Source: Octopus bimaculoides (lineage: Eukaryota). Taken from it: a stretch of DNA of 64,000 bases. The position numbers and the translations under genes are program-made. Shown piece by piece: positions 41,959-53,498 of this stretch. Position 1 is the stretch's first letter, and every line of letters begins with the position of its first letter. The notes beneath the pieces are model-generated. The model saw only the letters and a program-made list of their open reading frames with translations, was not told the origin of the DNA and searched no databases. Location: assembly GCF_001194135.2 (NCBI RefSeq), contig NC_069000.1:39574936-39638935 (forward strand), written 5' to 3'.

Positions 41959-42106
41959 GGTTCGGACGAATACACCGATAGAATAAGTATTAGGCTTTAA
42001 GAATAGACACATGTACTGGGGTTGATACATTCGACTAGAAATTCTACGAGGCAGTGTCCCAGCATGGCCACGGGCTAATGATTGAATGAAGTTAAAGAGT
42101 AATATA
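41688..42106. repeat. Near-perfect inverted duplication of a SINE tail around CA/TG microsatellite
   Basis: 41688-41838 and 41956-42106 are reverse complements with one mismatch by manual comparison. Confidence 0.9.
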
Positions 42107-43747
42107 AATATATAATATGCATTTATTTTGTGTATTTGAACCTGAGTGATTCCAGTTATTGTTTATTGAATTGGTTACATTCCTCAACCAGAAATGCAAT
42201 TTGCTTTTCTTGACCCGGCGTCTATCATTTTCACCCATCAGCTGACAATGTATCAGACACATTCCTTTCTTATAATAAATAAGCATTGCCACCTTAGTTA
42301 CTGATTGCTACTAAGAAATCTATGAAATTTTCAATATATTTTGCTGCGGCAATGCACAATTGTAATATTCTACGAAATCTTATAGGTGAAAGGGTAAAAA
42401 ATTGGACTTGAAATATAAATTGATTATACGTGGTCTTTTGATATTTACACAGTCAATAATATATAATATCGTATCAAATAATATTAAAGTGACAACTATT
42501 TGTGAATTTACAAACTGTGAATTTATTTTATATAAGATGAAAAAGGCGAATACTAAAAGATTAAATTTCAGTCTGGTAAACAAAACATTACTCAATATTC
42601 AAATATATTCAAATATCTAATAAAACGCAGCAGTCAAATGAAAATTAGTTTAAACATTGCTTGATTTTAAGCAATGAAAACGGTAGAATTCAAGTGGATG
42701 TGGTTGTGTTAGTATTTTCTATTTAATTGTTTGTTTCCTGTTTCTATTTATTATATTTTCTTTTTTTCTTTTTATGATTATACTATCTGTTAATATCTGT
42801 TTGTCTTCATATAGATTTTGTTCTGTGAGTAAGATTCCGTATGTGAATGCACATAATCTATGTGTTTATAACTATGCTTGCATGTGGAGATATCTGTGTT
42901 CGAGTTTTCTGGTATAGTATCTCACCGATAGTGGGAAGGAGTGTCTCAAACCGAGAAAGGATCACAAAAATAGCCATATATATATATATATATATAAAGG
43001 TATGTATGTAATTGTCATGTCTCAAGCTACTGCTATCTAGCACCTTCGGATGATCTCTACTCGACTGCTACCCAAGAGCTACTCAACTCCTACCACGGCC
43101 AGACTACCTTTATTCATATGTCTTGGGCGATCCTACTTCTTCGCTTGGGGGCGTAGACACAACAGTAATTATGGATGATATTTTCTTGGAGTTTAATTCA
43201 AGTTCTTCCTGAGAGATTTGAAGACTGTCGCTAACAAAGCGACAAGTCTTATTGAGTTAAGAGAGTTCCCGGTGTTTGTAATTATGTGGTTGAGTCTGGA
43301 TGTTATTTGAACGGTTGATGTCGACGCATACACCCAAGCGTGTGCATTTGTTCTCGTAAAATTTGCAGCTGGGGGACTTTTGAAACGTCTTACAAATCTT
43401 CGATATGCCACTAGTAGATTAGATTTGGAGAATCCGCGTCAGTTTCTCATGATCTTTTATCCGTGTTTTCTTTTCTTTTTTTTTTTTTCACAAAGTTGTC
43501 TTGTTTGTGCACCATCTCTCACTACATCATAATGTCTTGTTTCTGCACCATCTCTCAGTACATAGTAAGCTATACACTATATTCCTAACCTTACAGTTAA
43601 CCTGTAGGTCCATCTTACATACTATACAATTGTTCTCCCTATAAGGGGACCTGTCGAAGGGATAAGTTCTACTTTAATCCATAGATTAGCCTTATATTGA
43701 TAGATAAATACATGCATACATACATACATACATACATACATACAAAC

Positions 43748-43792
<45 letters not shown>

Positions 43793-43883
43793 TGTTTGCG
43801 TGTGCGCGCGTCCTGCATGGAATGGATAGCATGAATTTTCATACAACGCACGCTATAATATAATCTGATCCCATATAAGATAT

Positions 43884-44259
43884 GGGAGGCGCAATGGCCC
43901 AGTGGTTAGGACAGCGGACTCGCGGTCATAGGATCACAGTTTCGATTCCCAGACCGGGTGTTGTGAGTGTTTATAGAGCGAAAATACCTAAAGCTCCACG
44001 AGGCTCCGGCAGGGGATGATGGCGAACCCTGCCGTACTCTTTCACCACAACTTTCTCTCACTCTTACTTTCTGTTTCTCTTGTGCCTGTGATTCAAAGGG
44101 CCAGCCTTGTCACACTCTGTGTCACACTGAATATCCCCGAGAACTACGTTAAGGTACGTGGAGTGCTCAACCACTTGCACATTAATTTTACGAGCAGGCT
44201 GTTCCGTTGACTGGATCAACTGGAACCCTCGTTGTCGTAAGCGACGGAGTGCCAACAAC
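43884..44259 (+). mobile_element. Full-length tRNA-headed SINE
   Basis: GGGAGGCGCAATGGCCCAGTGGTTAGG..., B box GTTTCGATTCCC, tail GGAACCCTCGTTGTCGTAAGCGACGGAGTGCCAACAACA. Confidence 0.85.
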
Positions 44260-45604
44260 ATAAAAGATGTCGAAGCACTCGCACACTCACACATGCACGC
44301 ATACACACACTCATCCAATCATATTAACGCTTTCTCGTGTATCGTCTACAGCACGCATATATACACACGTGAATCAGCATAAATAGAAATGCATATGCAA
44401 CGAGGATGCGTATGAAAACATGCTCTCATTTGCATTTGAAGGAAGCAAATTGCTAACTTTCAAATTTTTGTAACAAATCCGATGCTTCAGTGGCAAGTAC
44501 TTTTAATGAACCGAACCGCTAGCAATTGTACATGTCATTCAACAGAATTTTTCGAGCCAAAGAAACTTGAATAGTGACACAGCGTTTTGCAACCTTTACA
44601 CGTCTCTTTCTTTGCGCAATTATTGGCAGACTCACGTGACCGTTAATTTATGTCGGAAAATACTGACGCATGCAAAATTAAATGCGTTATAAATATGATC
44701 TCAAACATGATATTTTTTTCTTGCTTTACAACATGTCTATAACTTTTAGCTAATTTTTTGAATATTCAGAACACGTAGAAATTCAATTCTATTATACTTG
44801 TCATATGCCGGAATACACAAGAAATTATAGAGCACCGAAATAACTTTAAAGAAACAGAACATTCTACAAAAATACTCAGAATCAAGATTATAGACTGTGA
44901 GGAGTGATTCATATTTTATTCTTAGATACATTCATAAGGTTCATAGTAACATGCATAAGAGTTATATAACCCTATGTCTCCCTTCGATAGCTTTTTGATA
45001 AATAATAGATCACTTATAGCAATTACTGAAGATTTATATTAAAGTTATACTTAATATGATTTTATATTTGGTTGATGTTCGTGGTAACTTTTAGGCCCTC
45101 GGGAGCCACAAGATGTGTAAATCTCGTATCGGTCTTGTCAGCCACGTCTGCTCACAGGAAGAAAGGAATAGCCCACCTATCATGCAGCACAATCCCTCCG
45201 TTGATGAGTACTCAGATGACTTTTAAGACCAACTGCTGACTGACAGGTCTTAAAACACAAGTGAAAGATATTATTCGAGTTTCTTCTACATCTTTACCCT
45301 TTTGAATCTGATTCTGAAGGAGTGTTTTGGGGAACTAGCATGTATCTTTTAAGTTCATATATTGTCTTACAAGTTTTGTGACATATGATACGAATCATAA
45401 GAGGCGGTTGGCGTTCAAGACAATTACGTACCTGGGCATTTTGGTTTTCAGGTGACTTCATAACATTCACGTATCATACTTTCGATAACAGAACACAATC
45501 ACACATAATACATATCTTATATGTGTATGTATGTATGTATGAATGTATGCATTTATGTATAATGCACGTTTCAAAGCTCCAATCCTGTTGTGTGTTATAA
45601 CTCA

Positions 45605-45808
45605 GGCGGCGAGTTGGCAGAAACGTTAGCACGCCGGGCGAAATATTTATCGGTATATCGTCTGCCGTTACGTTCTGAGTTCAAATTCCGCCGAGGTCGA
45701 CTTTGCCTTTCATCCTTTCGGTGTCAATAAATTAAGTACCAGTTACGCACTGGAGTCGATGTAATCGACATAATCCCTTTGTTTGTCCTTGTTTGTCCCC
45801 TCTATGTT
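45605..45808 (+). mobile_element. GTCGAC-family SINE, well conserved, with TTTGTCCTTGTTTGTCCCCTCTATGTT tail
   Basis: GGCGGCGAGTTGGCAGAAACGTTAGCACGCCGGGCG...GAGTTCAAATTCCGCCGAGGTCGACTTTGCCTTTCATCC. Confidence 0.85.
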
Positions 45809-45811
45809 CTC

Positions 45812-47110
45812 TTGTCATCTGGAAATACATTCTACGAATGTGAAAGCTGTCAAAATAACAAATGTAAGACCGAAATTATTCTGTGTGGAAAAGAAACAAT
45901 CTGCCAGATACACGAACACACTCATGCTGCAGATATATTCTTTATCAACATCTCCTATCTGTACGTGAGGAAATGAAGGAGAAAGCTATTACAGCCCAAC
46001 AAACTTCACAACAATTTATAACACAAGCTTTACATAATGTTTCGGGAAAAATTTCTACTCAGCTACCGGCCATGAGGATTATTAGGCGTTCAATCAGAGG
46101 ATATAAAGCAAGCTATACATGCACCGCTTCCTATAGCGAGAATGACATGTCATTCCAGGTGAAATACAAAAAAAACGAAAACATGCAATGAGGAAAATTT
46201 CTTACTTTGCGATAGTGGACCCAGTGAGAACAACATACTTGTGTTTTCTACTTCTCTTCTAATCTTCAAGTGAGTAGTTTTGCGATGGTACATTCAAAGT
46301 AGCACGAGAAACTATTTACCAACTCTAATCCATTCACTGTTTCATCTCTAATAGAACGATTCCTTGTGTCTTTGCATTATTCCTAAATAAACGCCATACC
46401 ACCAATGAAAAACTTTTTAGCCAACTTCGAACTATTAACTCCAGACTCAACCTAGGTAGTATTTTGATCGATTGCTTATAAGCTGCCAAGAATGTAATTA
46501 CCGAAATTTTTCCAAATGCAATTATCAAAGGGTGTTTTTTTCATCTCTCTCAAGCCGTTTATCGGAAAGTACAATCAGAGATGTTACAATCATGATATCA
46601 GAGCGATGCTGATTTTGCTCGAAGCATTCGCACGATACCATCCTTGACTTCTGTGCCAGCAGACAACGTCGTAACAGCATTTGAGTAATTACAAGAAAAT
46701 TTGTGCCATGAAGCAGATCCAATAACTGATTACTTTGATGATGCTTGTATAAGGGTAGAATATGACAGCGTAACACAGGCAACGAACTCGTTCCTATTTG
46801 AATGTGGAACATGTGTTGCCGCGGATGCAATGATTTACCACGAACTGTTAATTCCTTCGAGGGATGGCATAACGATGTACAGGCCATCAAGTCATCCAGA
46901 TATCTGGGGTTTTCTTCTGATATTGAAGACGGAACAAGCACTTCATCAACAAACACGATCATCAACCAAATGCTGGTAGGACATCAGCCTTCACCCAATG
47001 AGAAAAATGATCAAGATTTAACGAAAAGAATTGCAAATATTGTGGAGGATTATGAAAATCGAGAAGTGATAGATTTTTTCAGAGGAATAGCTTATAACTT
47101 AAAGTTTTAG
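45812..47110 (+). pseudogene. Mutator/MULE transposase pseudogene with N-terminal FLYWCH-type zinc finger
   Basis: ECESCQNNKC...HEHTH; then CDGTFK (D 46284), ILID (D 46470), KGCFFHLSQAVYRKVQ (CxxH 46533-46544), PRTVNSFEGWHN (E 46859), C-terminal RGIAYNL; several stops and frameshifts. Confidence 0.9.
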
Positions 47111-47814
47111 TTTTTTTTTTTCTTACTATCTTCCAAATTACATTGTTGCTCATGATATTGATAAATTATCTGTAAATAATTTTTTCTGCTCTAGGCTCAA
47201 GACCCGAAATTTTTGGGTAGTGGGGCCAGTCGATTAGACCGACCCCAGTTTGCTGCATCTTCATCTCCACTTTCTCCTCCTCCTTCTCTCATGATCTTCC
47301 TTTTCTACTGCTTCTTCATCCCCTAACCATATCTTTATCCAATTTGGTGTTGACAATTTACTTATGCTGTCCATCTTTTCACAGTCTATTTATATCTTAA
47401 TCTTTATTTGCTGTTTCCCCCCACCACCATCACCGTATAAGCAAGACGCAAGACCCATAGTCTTGCAGACCCTCAATGTAAGTGAGTACTTTTGATGCAG
47501 GTCTGAGGAAGTGACATTTTAATATTTAAAACCGCAAATAATAGGTAAATTTTCACGTCTGTCCCTCACTCATTTGCTTTATTTCACGCCCAAATAAATA
47601 TTTGGAAGAATAAGCGTTGTACTTTTCAATTGCAGAGTAATATATGACTGAATATGTTTCAAAGATTTTCATTGACAGAGCATATAAGTTGAATTTCAGT
47701 AAAAGATTTATTTCAATGAAAAAATTTCAAAGTAAGAGCTTGTAATTTTAGAAATCCTGCAACAGAAAAAGTGAAGTTATATTGGAAATATTACCGCGAG
47801 TGCAGAATATTCCA

Positions 47815-47925
47815 CTTCATAAAAAGAGACATAAATATAGTGCAGCAAAAACTAATGTTTTTTCAATAGATATGAAGCAGAGGATTATTTGTAAAGGGAT
47901 TGCTCATAATTTGTCTCTTTACAAT
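47815..47925 (+). pseudogene. Second, more degenerate MULE C-terminal remnant
   Basis: KKRHKY...KGIAHNLSL parallels RGIAYNLKF at the end of 46802-47110. Confidence 0.45.
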
Positions 47926-48107
47926 TCGTTTCCCTTCCAACATTTTCAAACATTCTCTTCTAACAGCACTTTTGTTTTTGCGATTCAAATTCAAAGAGCA
48001 AAACACCTTCACATTTAAATTACTTTAGTAAAATAGTACTCGAATACCGAAGGTAGAGTAATGTGCATTTTTTAAATAAAAGTTGCAACTACATCACAAA
48101 AACTGTG

Positions 48108-48141
48108 ACTCTGTGTTTCACGTTCTCGTTCGTCAGAGAGT
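48108..48141 (-). ncRNA. Degenerate minimal hammerhead (cleavage triplet damaged)
   Basis: ACTCT-CTGACGA-ACG(agaa)CGT-GAAAC-AC-AGAGT; helices I and II intact, GUH missing. Confidence 0.5.
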
Positions 48142-48856
48142 TGTAGTCAAGCCTTTCTCGCAATTCTGAGTTACAGTCTTTTGTGATGTATTTGCAGCTT
48201 TAATATATATATATTTATGTATATATATACATACATATACATGTATACACACACACACACACAAATATATATATATATATATATATANNNNNNNNNNNNN
48301 NNNNNNNNNNNNNNNNNNNNNNNNNNNNNNNNNNNNNNNNNNNNNNNNNNNNNNNNNNNNNNNNNNNNNNNNNNNNNNNNNNNNNNNNNNNNNNNNNNNN
48401 NNNNNNNNNNNNNNNNNNNNNNNNNNNNNNNNNNNNNNNNNNNNNNNNNNNNNNNNNNNNNNNNNNNNNNNNNNNNNNNNNNNNNNNNNNNNNNNNNNNN
48501 NNNNNNNNNNNNNNNNNNNNNNNNNNNNNNNNNNNNNNNNNNNNNNNNNNNNNNNNNNNNNNNNNNNNNNNNNNNNNNNNNNNNNNNNNNNNNNNNNNNN
48601 NNNNNNNNNNNNNNNNNNNNNNNNNNNNNNNNNNNNNNNNNNNNNNNNNNNNNNNNNNNNNNNNNNNNNNNNNNNNNNNNNNNNNNNNNNNNNNNNNNNN
48701 NNNNNNNNNNNNNNNNNNNNNNNNNNNNNNNNNNNNNNNNNNNNNNNNNNNNNNNNNNNNNNNNNNNNNNNNNNNNNNNNNNNNNNNNNNNNNNNNNNNN
48801 NNNNNNNNNNNNNNNNNNNNNNNNNNNNNNNNNNNNNNNNNNNNNNNNNNNNNNNN

Positions 48857-48901
<45 letters not shown>

Positions 48902-48994
48902 CTCACAAAGATTTAGTTTGTATACAGCTATAGCAGAAGATACCTGTTCAACGTAACCACACAGTAACACTGAACACGTAATTTGCAACACAAC

Positions 48995-49140
48995 CGACAG
49001 GCTTCTATGCAGTTTCTCTCTACCGAATTCCCTTTAAGTGTTTGCTCGGCCGCAATTTATAGTAGAAGACACCTACCCAAGGGGATACACGGTGGGATTA
49101 AACGGAGAATCACGACCTTGCGAAGCAAATTTCTTCTCCA
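48995..49140 (-). mobile_element. Degenerate OR/CORE-like SINE head and core
   Basis: TATAGTAGAAGACACCTACCCAAGG...GCGAAGCAAATTTCTT, as at 10160-10295. Confidence 0.6.
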
Positions 49141-49681
49141 TAGGGCCATACCTTAAAAACAATAGAAAACGTCTGTTGTTTTCGCTGATATTTTCGTTCT
49201 TTAGACCAGATTTAACAACAATTATGCAGACCGATGCGAAAAATGCATTTCTGTCATGTTAGCATATGCTCATCTTTTTACAGACATTGTCTATTTTAGA
49301 TTACATTAGCAATATATCATCTTTCTTTTTTTTTTTGTTAAGATTGCAGAATTCAGATTGAATGAGATTCGCCTACCAGTATTCACTTAGTCGTTACATC
49401 ATTGCAGTCATAATAGGTTAATTAATTTCATTAGCTCGGAAAATGACAGAGCTTGCAATCAGTCATGTAACCAATAACTTGGGCTCGGCACAAAATTCTT
49501 GTATCTCTCACGCATAAATCAATTACTAGAATATACTTTTTCCCCATTTGAAATAATTCAGTTCTTTCACACGTTCTTAAATTCTCTTTTATATCCTTTT
49601 TTAATATTCTTTTTGTCATATCATCATCATCATCATCATTATTATTATTATTATCATTATTATTATTAATATTATTATTAA

Positions 49682-49793
49682 GGTGGCGAGCTGGCAGAAT
49701 CGTTAGAAAGCCGGGCGAAATGCTTGGCGGCAGTTCGTCTGTCTTTATGTTCTGAGTTCAAATTCCGCCGAGGTCGACTTTGTCTTTCATCTT
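49682..49793 (+). mobile_element. GTCGAC-family SINE, 3'-truncated
   Basis: GGTGGCGAGCTGGCAGAATCGTTAG...GAGTTCAAATTCCGCCGAGGTCGACTTTG. Confidence 0.8.
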
Positions 49794-49829
49794 CTGCCAA
49801 AGCCCATCTTGCCTTCCTTTCTTTCGTTG

Positions 49830-50035
49830 TTGTTTGTTCATTCTCGAGCCATGCCTGGCTTAAAAGGGCCGAGTTCCCGGTTTCAGTGGTGCATAGGTCC
49901 TTCCCTCCCCCTCACTGGACGGGACGCCGGTCCATCGCAGATGAGCTACAGGCGGAAAGAGTGAGAGAAAGTTGTGGCGAAAGAGTCAGCAGAAATTCGC
50001 CATTCGCTCCAGCCGAACCCACGTGGAGATTAGGA
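49830..50035 (-). mobile_element. SINE fragment sharing its middle with 43884-44259 but with a different tail
   Basis: Minus strand CTCCACGTGGG...ACTCTTTCGCCACAACTTTCTCTCACTCTT then GCGATGGACCGGCGTCCCGTCCAG...GGCATGGCTCGAGAATGAACAAACAACAAC. Confidence 0.7.
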
Positions 50036-50169
50036 AGATAATAATAATAGTAACGTTAATGCTGACCCCAACTAACTAAGGTGCGCAAGCTTGTTTATGT
50101 GAGAATGGTGTGTATAAGTGTGTATGTGTGAATGGGTGAGAGTGAGTCTAACGTGTGTGTGTGTGTGTG

Positions 50170-50434
50170 TGTGTGGAGTTGGAAGGTGTTTGGAGTAGGT
50201 GAGAGAAACGGGAGACGGGTAAGAGTGGAGTGGTACGAGGAGAAAGCGCTGATGAACGGTCCGCAGATCGTGCCTGGACGAGGGCTCTGTGGGTAATGGT
50301 GAGGGGATATCATCGTAGGGTGAAGTGGAGAGCCATGAGTGGTTCCTGCAGAGCTTGCGTAGACGGAGGTATTTGGAGTGGGGGACGGAGATTTTGGTGT
50401 GGGTAGGGTGGGAGGATGAGAAGTTAAGGTAGGA
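50170..50434 (-). pseudogene. Penelope-like element fragment (RT C-terminus / RT-GIY-YIG linker)
   Basis: SYLNFSSSHPTHTKISVPHSKYLRLRKLC, then after a frameshift R*YPLTITHRALVQARSADRSSAL; matches the PLE consensus YL...SSHP.H.K.SIPYSQ.LRLRR.C...RGYP...I..AL.RA...DR. Confidence 0.8.
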
Positions 50435-50537
50435 TGTTTGCTACCATTGCAGTTGTTGCTCACAGTCGGATGTTCATGTGAGAGCTGCTTTTTCTATCAG
50501 AAACTCAGTTTGGTTATATATGTCGAGATGGTGAGTA

Positions 50538-50601
<64 letters not shown>

Positions 50602-50723
50602 GTATATGTGTGTATATATGTATACATACATTTATATGTGTGTGGTGGGGAGAGATCCAGTTCAAGAGCACATGACATATTCTGATGACATATGCATATT
50701 CAAATATCAAATACATTAACAAT

Positions 50724-50841
50724 TACCACCACCACTACCACTACTACTACCACTACCACCACCACTACCATTACTACTACTAGTACTACCACTACCACCA
50801 CTACTACTACTACCACTACCACCACTATTACTACTACTACC

Positions 50842-50880
<39 letters not shown>
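50724..50880. repeat. (ACT/ACC)n microsatellite
   Basis: Direct read; source of the poly-T/S ORFs. Confidence 0.95.
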
Positions 50881-51369
50881 TTCCTTATGCCTTTTTGTCA
50901 AACGTGCAGCTTTGCCTTTGATTCATTGCGTGCCGACCTAAGAGGAAAACAAAAAGTAATGCTCTTTCTTTCATCGATATTATTAATATCTTTCTACAAC
51001 ATTCGTTTCATCGCTGTACATTAAATATCACTTTATTCTCTTTTGCTGTTGTTTTGTTTTATTTTATTTGTTTTTCTCTCGGTTTTTCTTTTCTTTTCAT
51101 AGGATATATTTGATATTGTCTCCATATTTAATGGAACGCTTTATTGATTTCAACATATCAACTACTTTTCCACGTTAAAGTTTTATTTAACATGGAGATA
51201 TTTAATTTATACGCTTTGTGACTGGTAAAGATGTTTGCTTTCATTGCAGTCGTTTCTCACAGTTGGGCACACATGCAGGAGCTGCTTTTTCTATCAGAAT
51301 CTCGCTTTGACTAACTTCTGACAGAAATGAACTCGATAGGATGAGCGAGAAATCCCGCTGTGCCTGTGT

Positions 51370-51530
51370 CGTTTGACTCTCACCCACATGGTTCTGGGTT
51401 CAATCCTACAGCTCGTCGCGTTGGGCGAATGTCTTCAACTTTATCCTTGGGCCGAAAAAAGTTTCTTAAGTGGATTTGATAGACGGAAAGTGAAAGAAGC
51501 CTCTCGTATATATATTTGTGTGTGTATGTG
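51370..51530 (+). mobile_element. Degenerate OR/CORE-like SINE head and core
   Basis: CCACATGGTTCTGGGTTCAATCC...GGATTTGATAGACGGAAAGTGAAAGAAGCC. Confidence 0.65.
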
Positions 51531-51689
51531 TTTCTGTGCGTGTATTTGTGCCTGTGTTAATAATTTTATAAAAAACATTTCTGTACCGGTTCAGTCGTAT
51601 CTGATAACCCCGGCTGGAGGCGGGGTTATCATACTTAAAAAAACCATGATGACCCAATCTCATTACAGTGTTGTTTTGCCAGATGCTAT

Positions 51690-52102
51690 CGTTTACATCT
51701 TTCAGTCATTAGACTGCAGCCATGTTGGGCCACCAGCTTTAAAAAATTTAGTCGAATGAATCGACTCCAGGACTTGATTCTTTTTCAGTTTATCACTAAT
51801 TCTATCGGGCTTTTTGGCCGAACCACTATATTACGAAGGCGTAAATCTATCAACGCCAGTTCTCAAGCGGTGGTGAGGCACAGATACAGACACAAGAACA
51901 CACACACACAAGCACACACATATGTATATATATATATATATATATATATGCCACGGCCTTCTTTCAGTTTCCGTTTGCCAAAACCATTCACAAAGCTTTC
52001 GTCGGCTCGTCGCTATGTTAGAAGGAGCTTGCCAAAGGTACCACAAAGTGGGACTAAACGTAGAATCATGTGGATGGGAAGCAATCTTCTTACCTCTCAG
52101 CT
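51690..52102 (-). mobile_element. Near full-length OR/CORE-like SINE (head, core, microsatellite, 3' module)
   Basis: All modules present in reverse order relative to 27806-28450. Confidence 0.75.
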
Positions 52103-52545
52103 GAGCAAAGGTTTTTTGTTTCTCAATAGAGTAGCATGTAATATAAATGAGACATGACTGCTGTTTCTAACAACCATGTACGGGGACCTTTGCAAATAGG
52201 TATACGAGTAATTGTCTTGGGATTTAAGCAACAAAAAGACGTGCATTAGATACATAGAACGATTTATGTTTGTTAAATTAAACGTCAAACGTATTTTAAT
52301 AAATTCATGTAATTGGAGCCATAAAAAATATACTGTAATGAATAGCGAATAAATTAAAGATTAAATTACTTTTATAGTATTATACACATGACTAAACCGA
52401 TTACATTCCGTTTCACCATTAAGGCATTTTATCAATTTTCCATCAAGATATATCAAAAGGCCCTTTATTAATGAACAAAACAGTGTTGCTGCTTTTATTA
52501 CTTTAAGCTTATATTCTCCATGCAAATGGTTTCGTTTGAGATCAT

Positions 52546-52712
52546 AGGCGCAGGCGTGGCTTTGTGGTAAGACGTTTGCTTTCCGACGACATGATTTCGG
52601 GTTCAGTCCCACTACGTGGTACCCTGGAAGGTGTTTTCTACTATAACCTCGGGCCGACCGAAGCCTTTTCCGTGGATTTTGTTAGACGGAAACTGAAAGA
52701 AGTCCGTCGTGT
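52546..52712 (+). mobile_element. OR/CORE-like SINE head and core
   Basis: GGCGCAGGCGTGGCTTTGTGGTAAG...GGGTTCAGTCCCACTACGTGG...GACGGAAACTGAAAGAAGTCCGTCG. Confidence 0.8.
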
Positions 52713-52832
52713 ATATATATATATTCGCCATAATAGATCGCTAGCCACTAAACTTTTTTCTATTTTCTCTCCCTGTTTATTTCTGTGTTTCTTTCTGTCG
52801 AAGAGCATAGGCTCGCAACGTACAAGACTTTC

Positions 52833-52867
<35 letters not shown>

Positions 52868-52871
52868 GCAC

Positions 52872-52913
<42 letters not shown>

Positions 52914-53022
52914 GTGCACAGGTGAGGCTGTGTGGTAAAAAGTTTGTTTCCTATCCACATGGTTCCCCACCACCGCTTAACAAATATTATTAAATATCGT
53001 TAATTACTTTTGATTAAGTTAA

Positions 53023-53430
53023 GGCGGCAAGCTAGCAGAATCGTTAGCACGTCGGGCGAAATGCTAAGCAGCATTTCGTCCCTCCTGACGTTCTGAGTTC
53101 AAATTCCACCTAGGTCGACTTTGCCTTTCAACCTTTCAAGGTCGATGAAAAAGTATCTGTTATGCACTGAGAGCAATGTAATCGACTAGCCTCACCCCCA
53201 CCCCAACCTGAAAATTGAAGGTCTTGTTCCTACAGTAGAAAGTATTAATTATTTTCCTTAAGTTAAGGTGGCAGTTGACAGAATCCCTAGAGGGCCATGC
53301 AGATGCTAACGAGCCTAACTCTACATTTCATTATTCCGTGCTCAAAATGAAGTACCAGTAAAATCTGAGATCAATGTAATCGATCAATTCCTTCCCTCAA
53401 AATTGTTGTCAATGTGCCAAAATGGGAAGC
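53023..53430 (+). mobile_element. Two adjacent GTCGAC-family SINEs (second one deleted and degenerate)
   Basis: Heads GGCGGCAAGCTAGCAGAATCGTTAGC at 53023 and GGTGGCAGTTGACAGAATC at ~53266. Confidence 0.7.
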
Positions 53431-53457
53431 AATTATTAATCAGTTAAGTGTCCGCTA

Positions 53458-53498
<41 letters not shown>

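Noticed and set aside
43040-43440. Possible LINE ORF fragment with Cys-rich peptide (- strand)
   Set aside because: Cys spacing does not fit a defined zinc finger; no family assignable.
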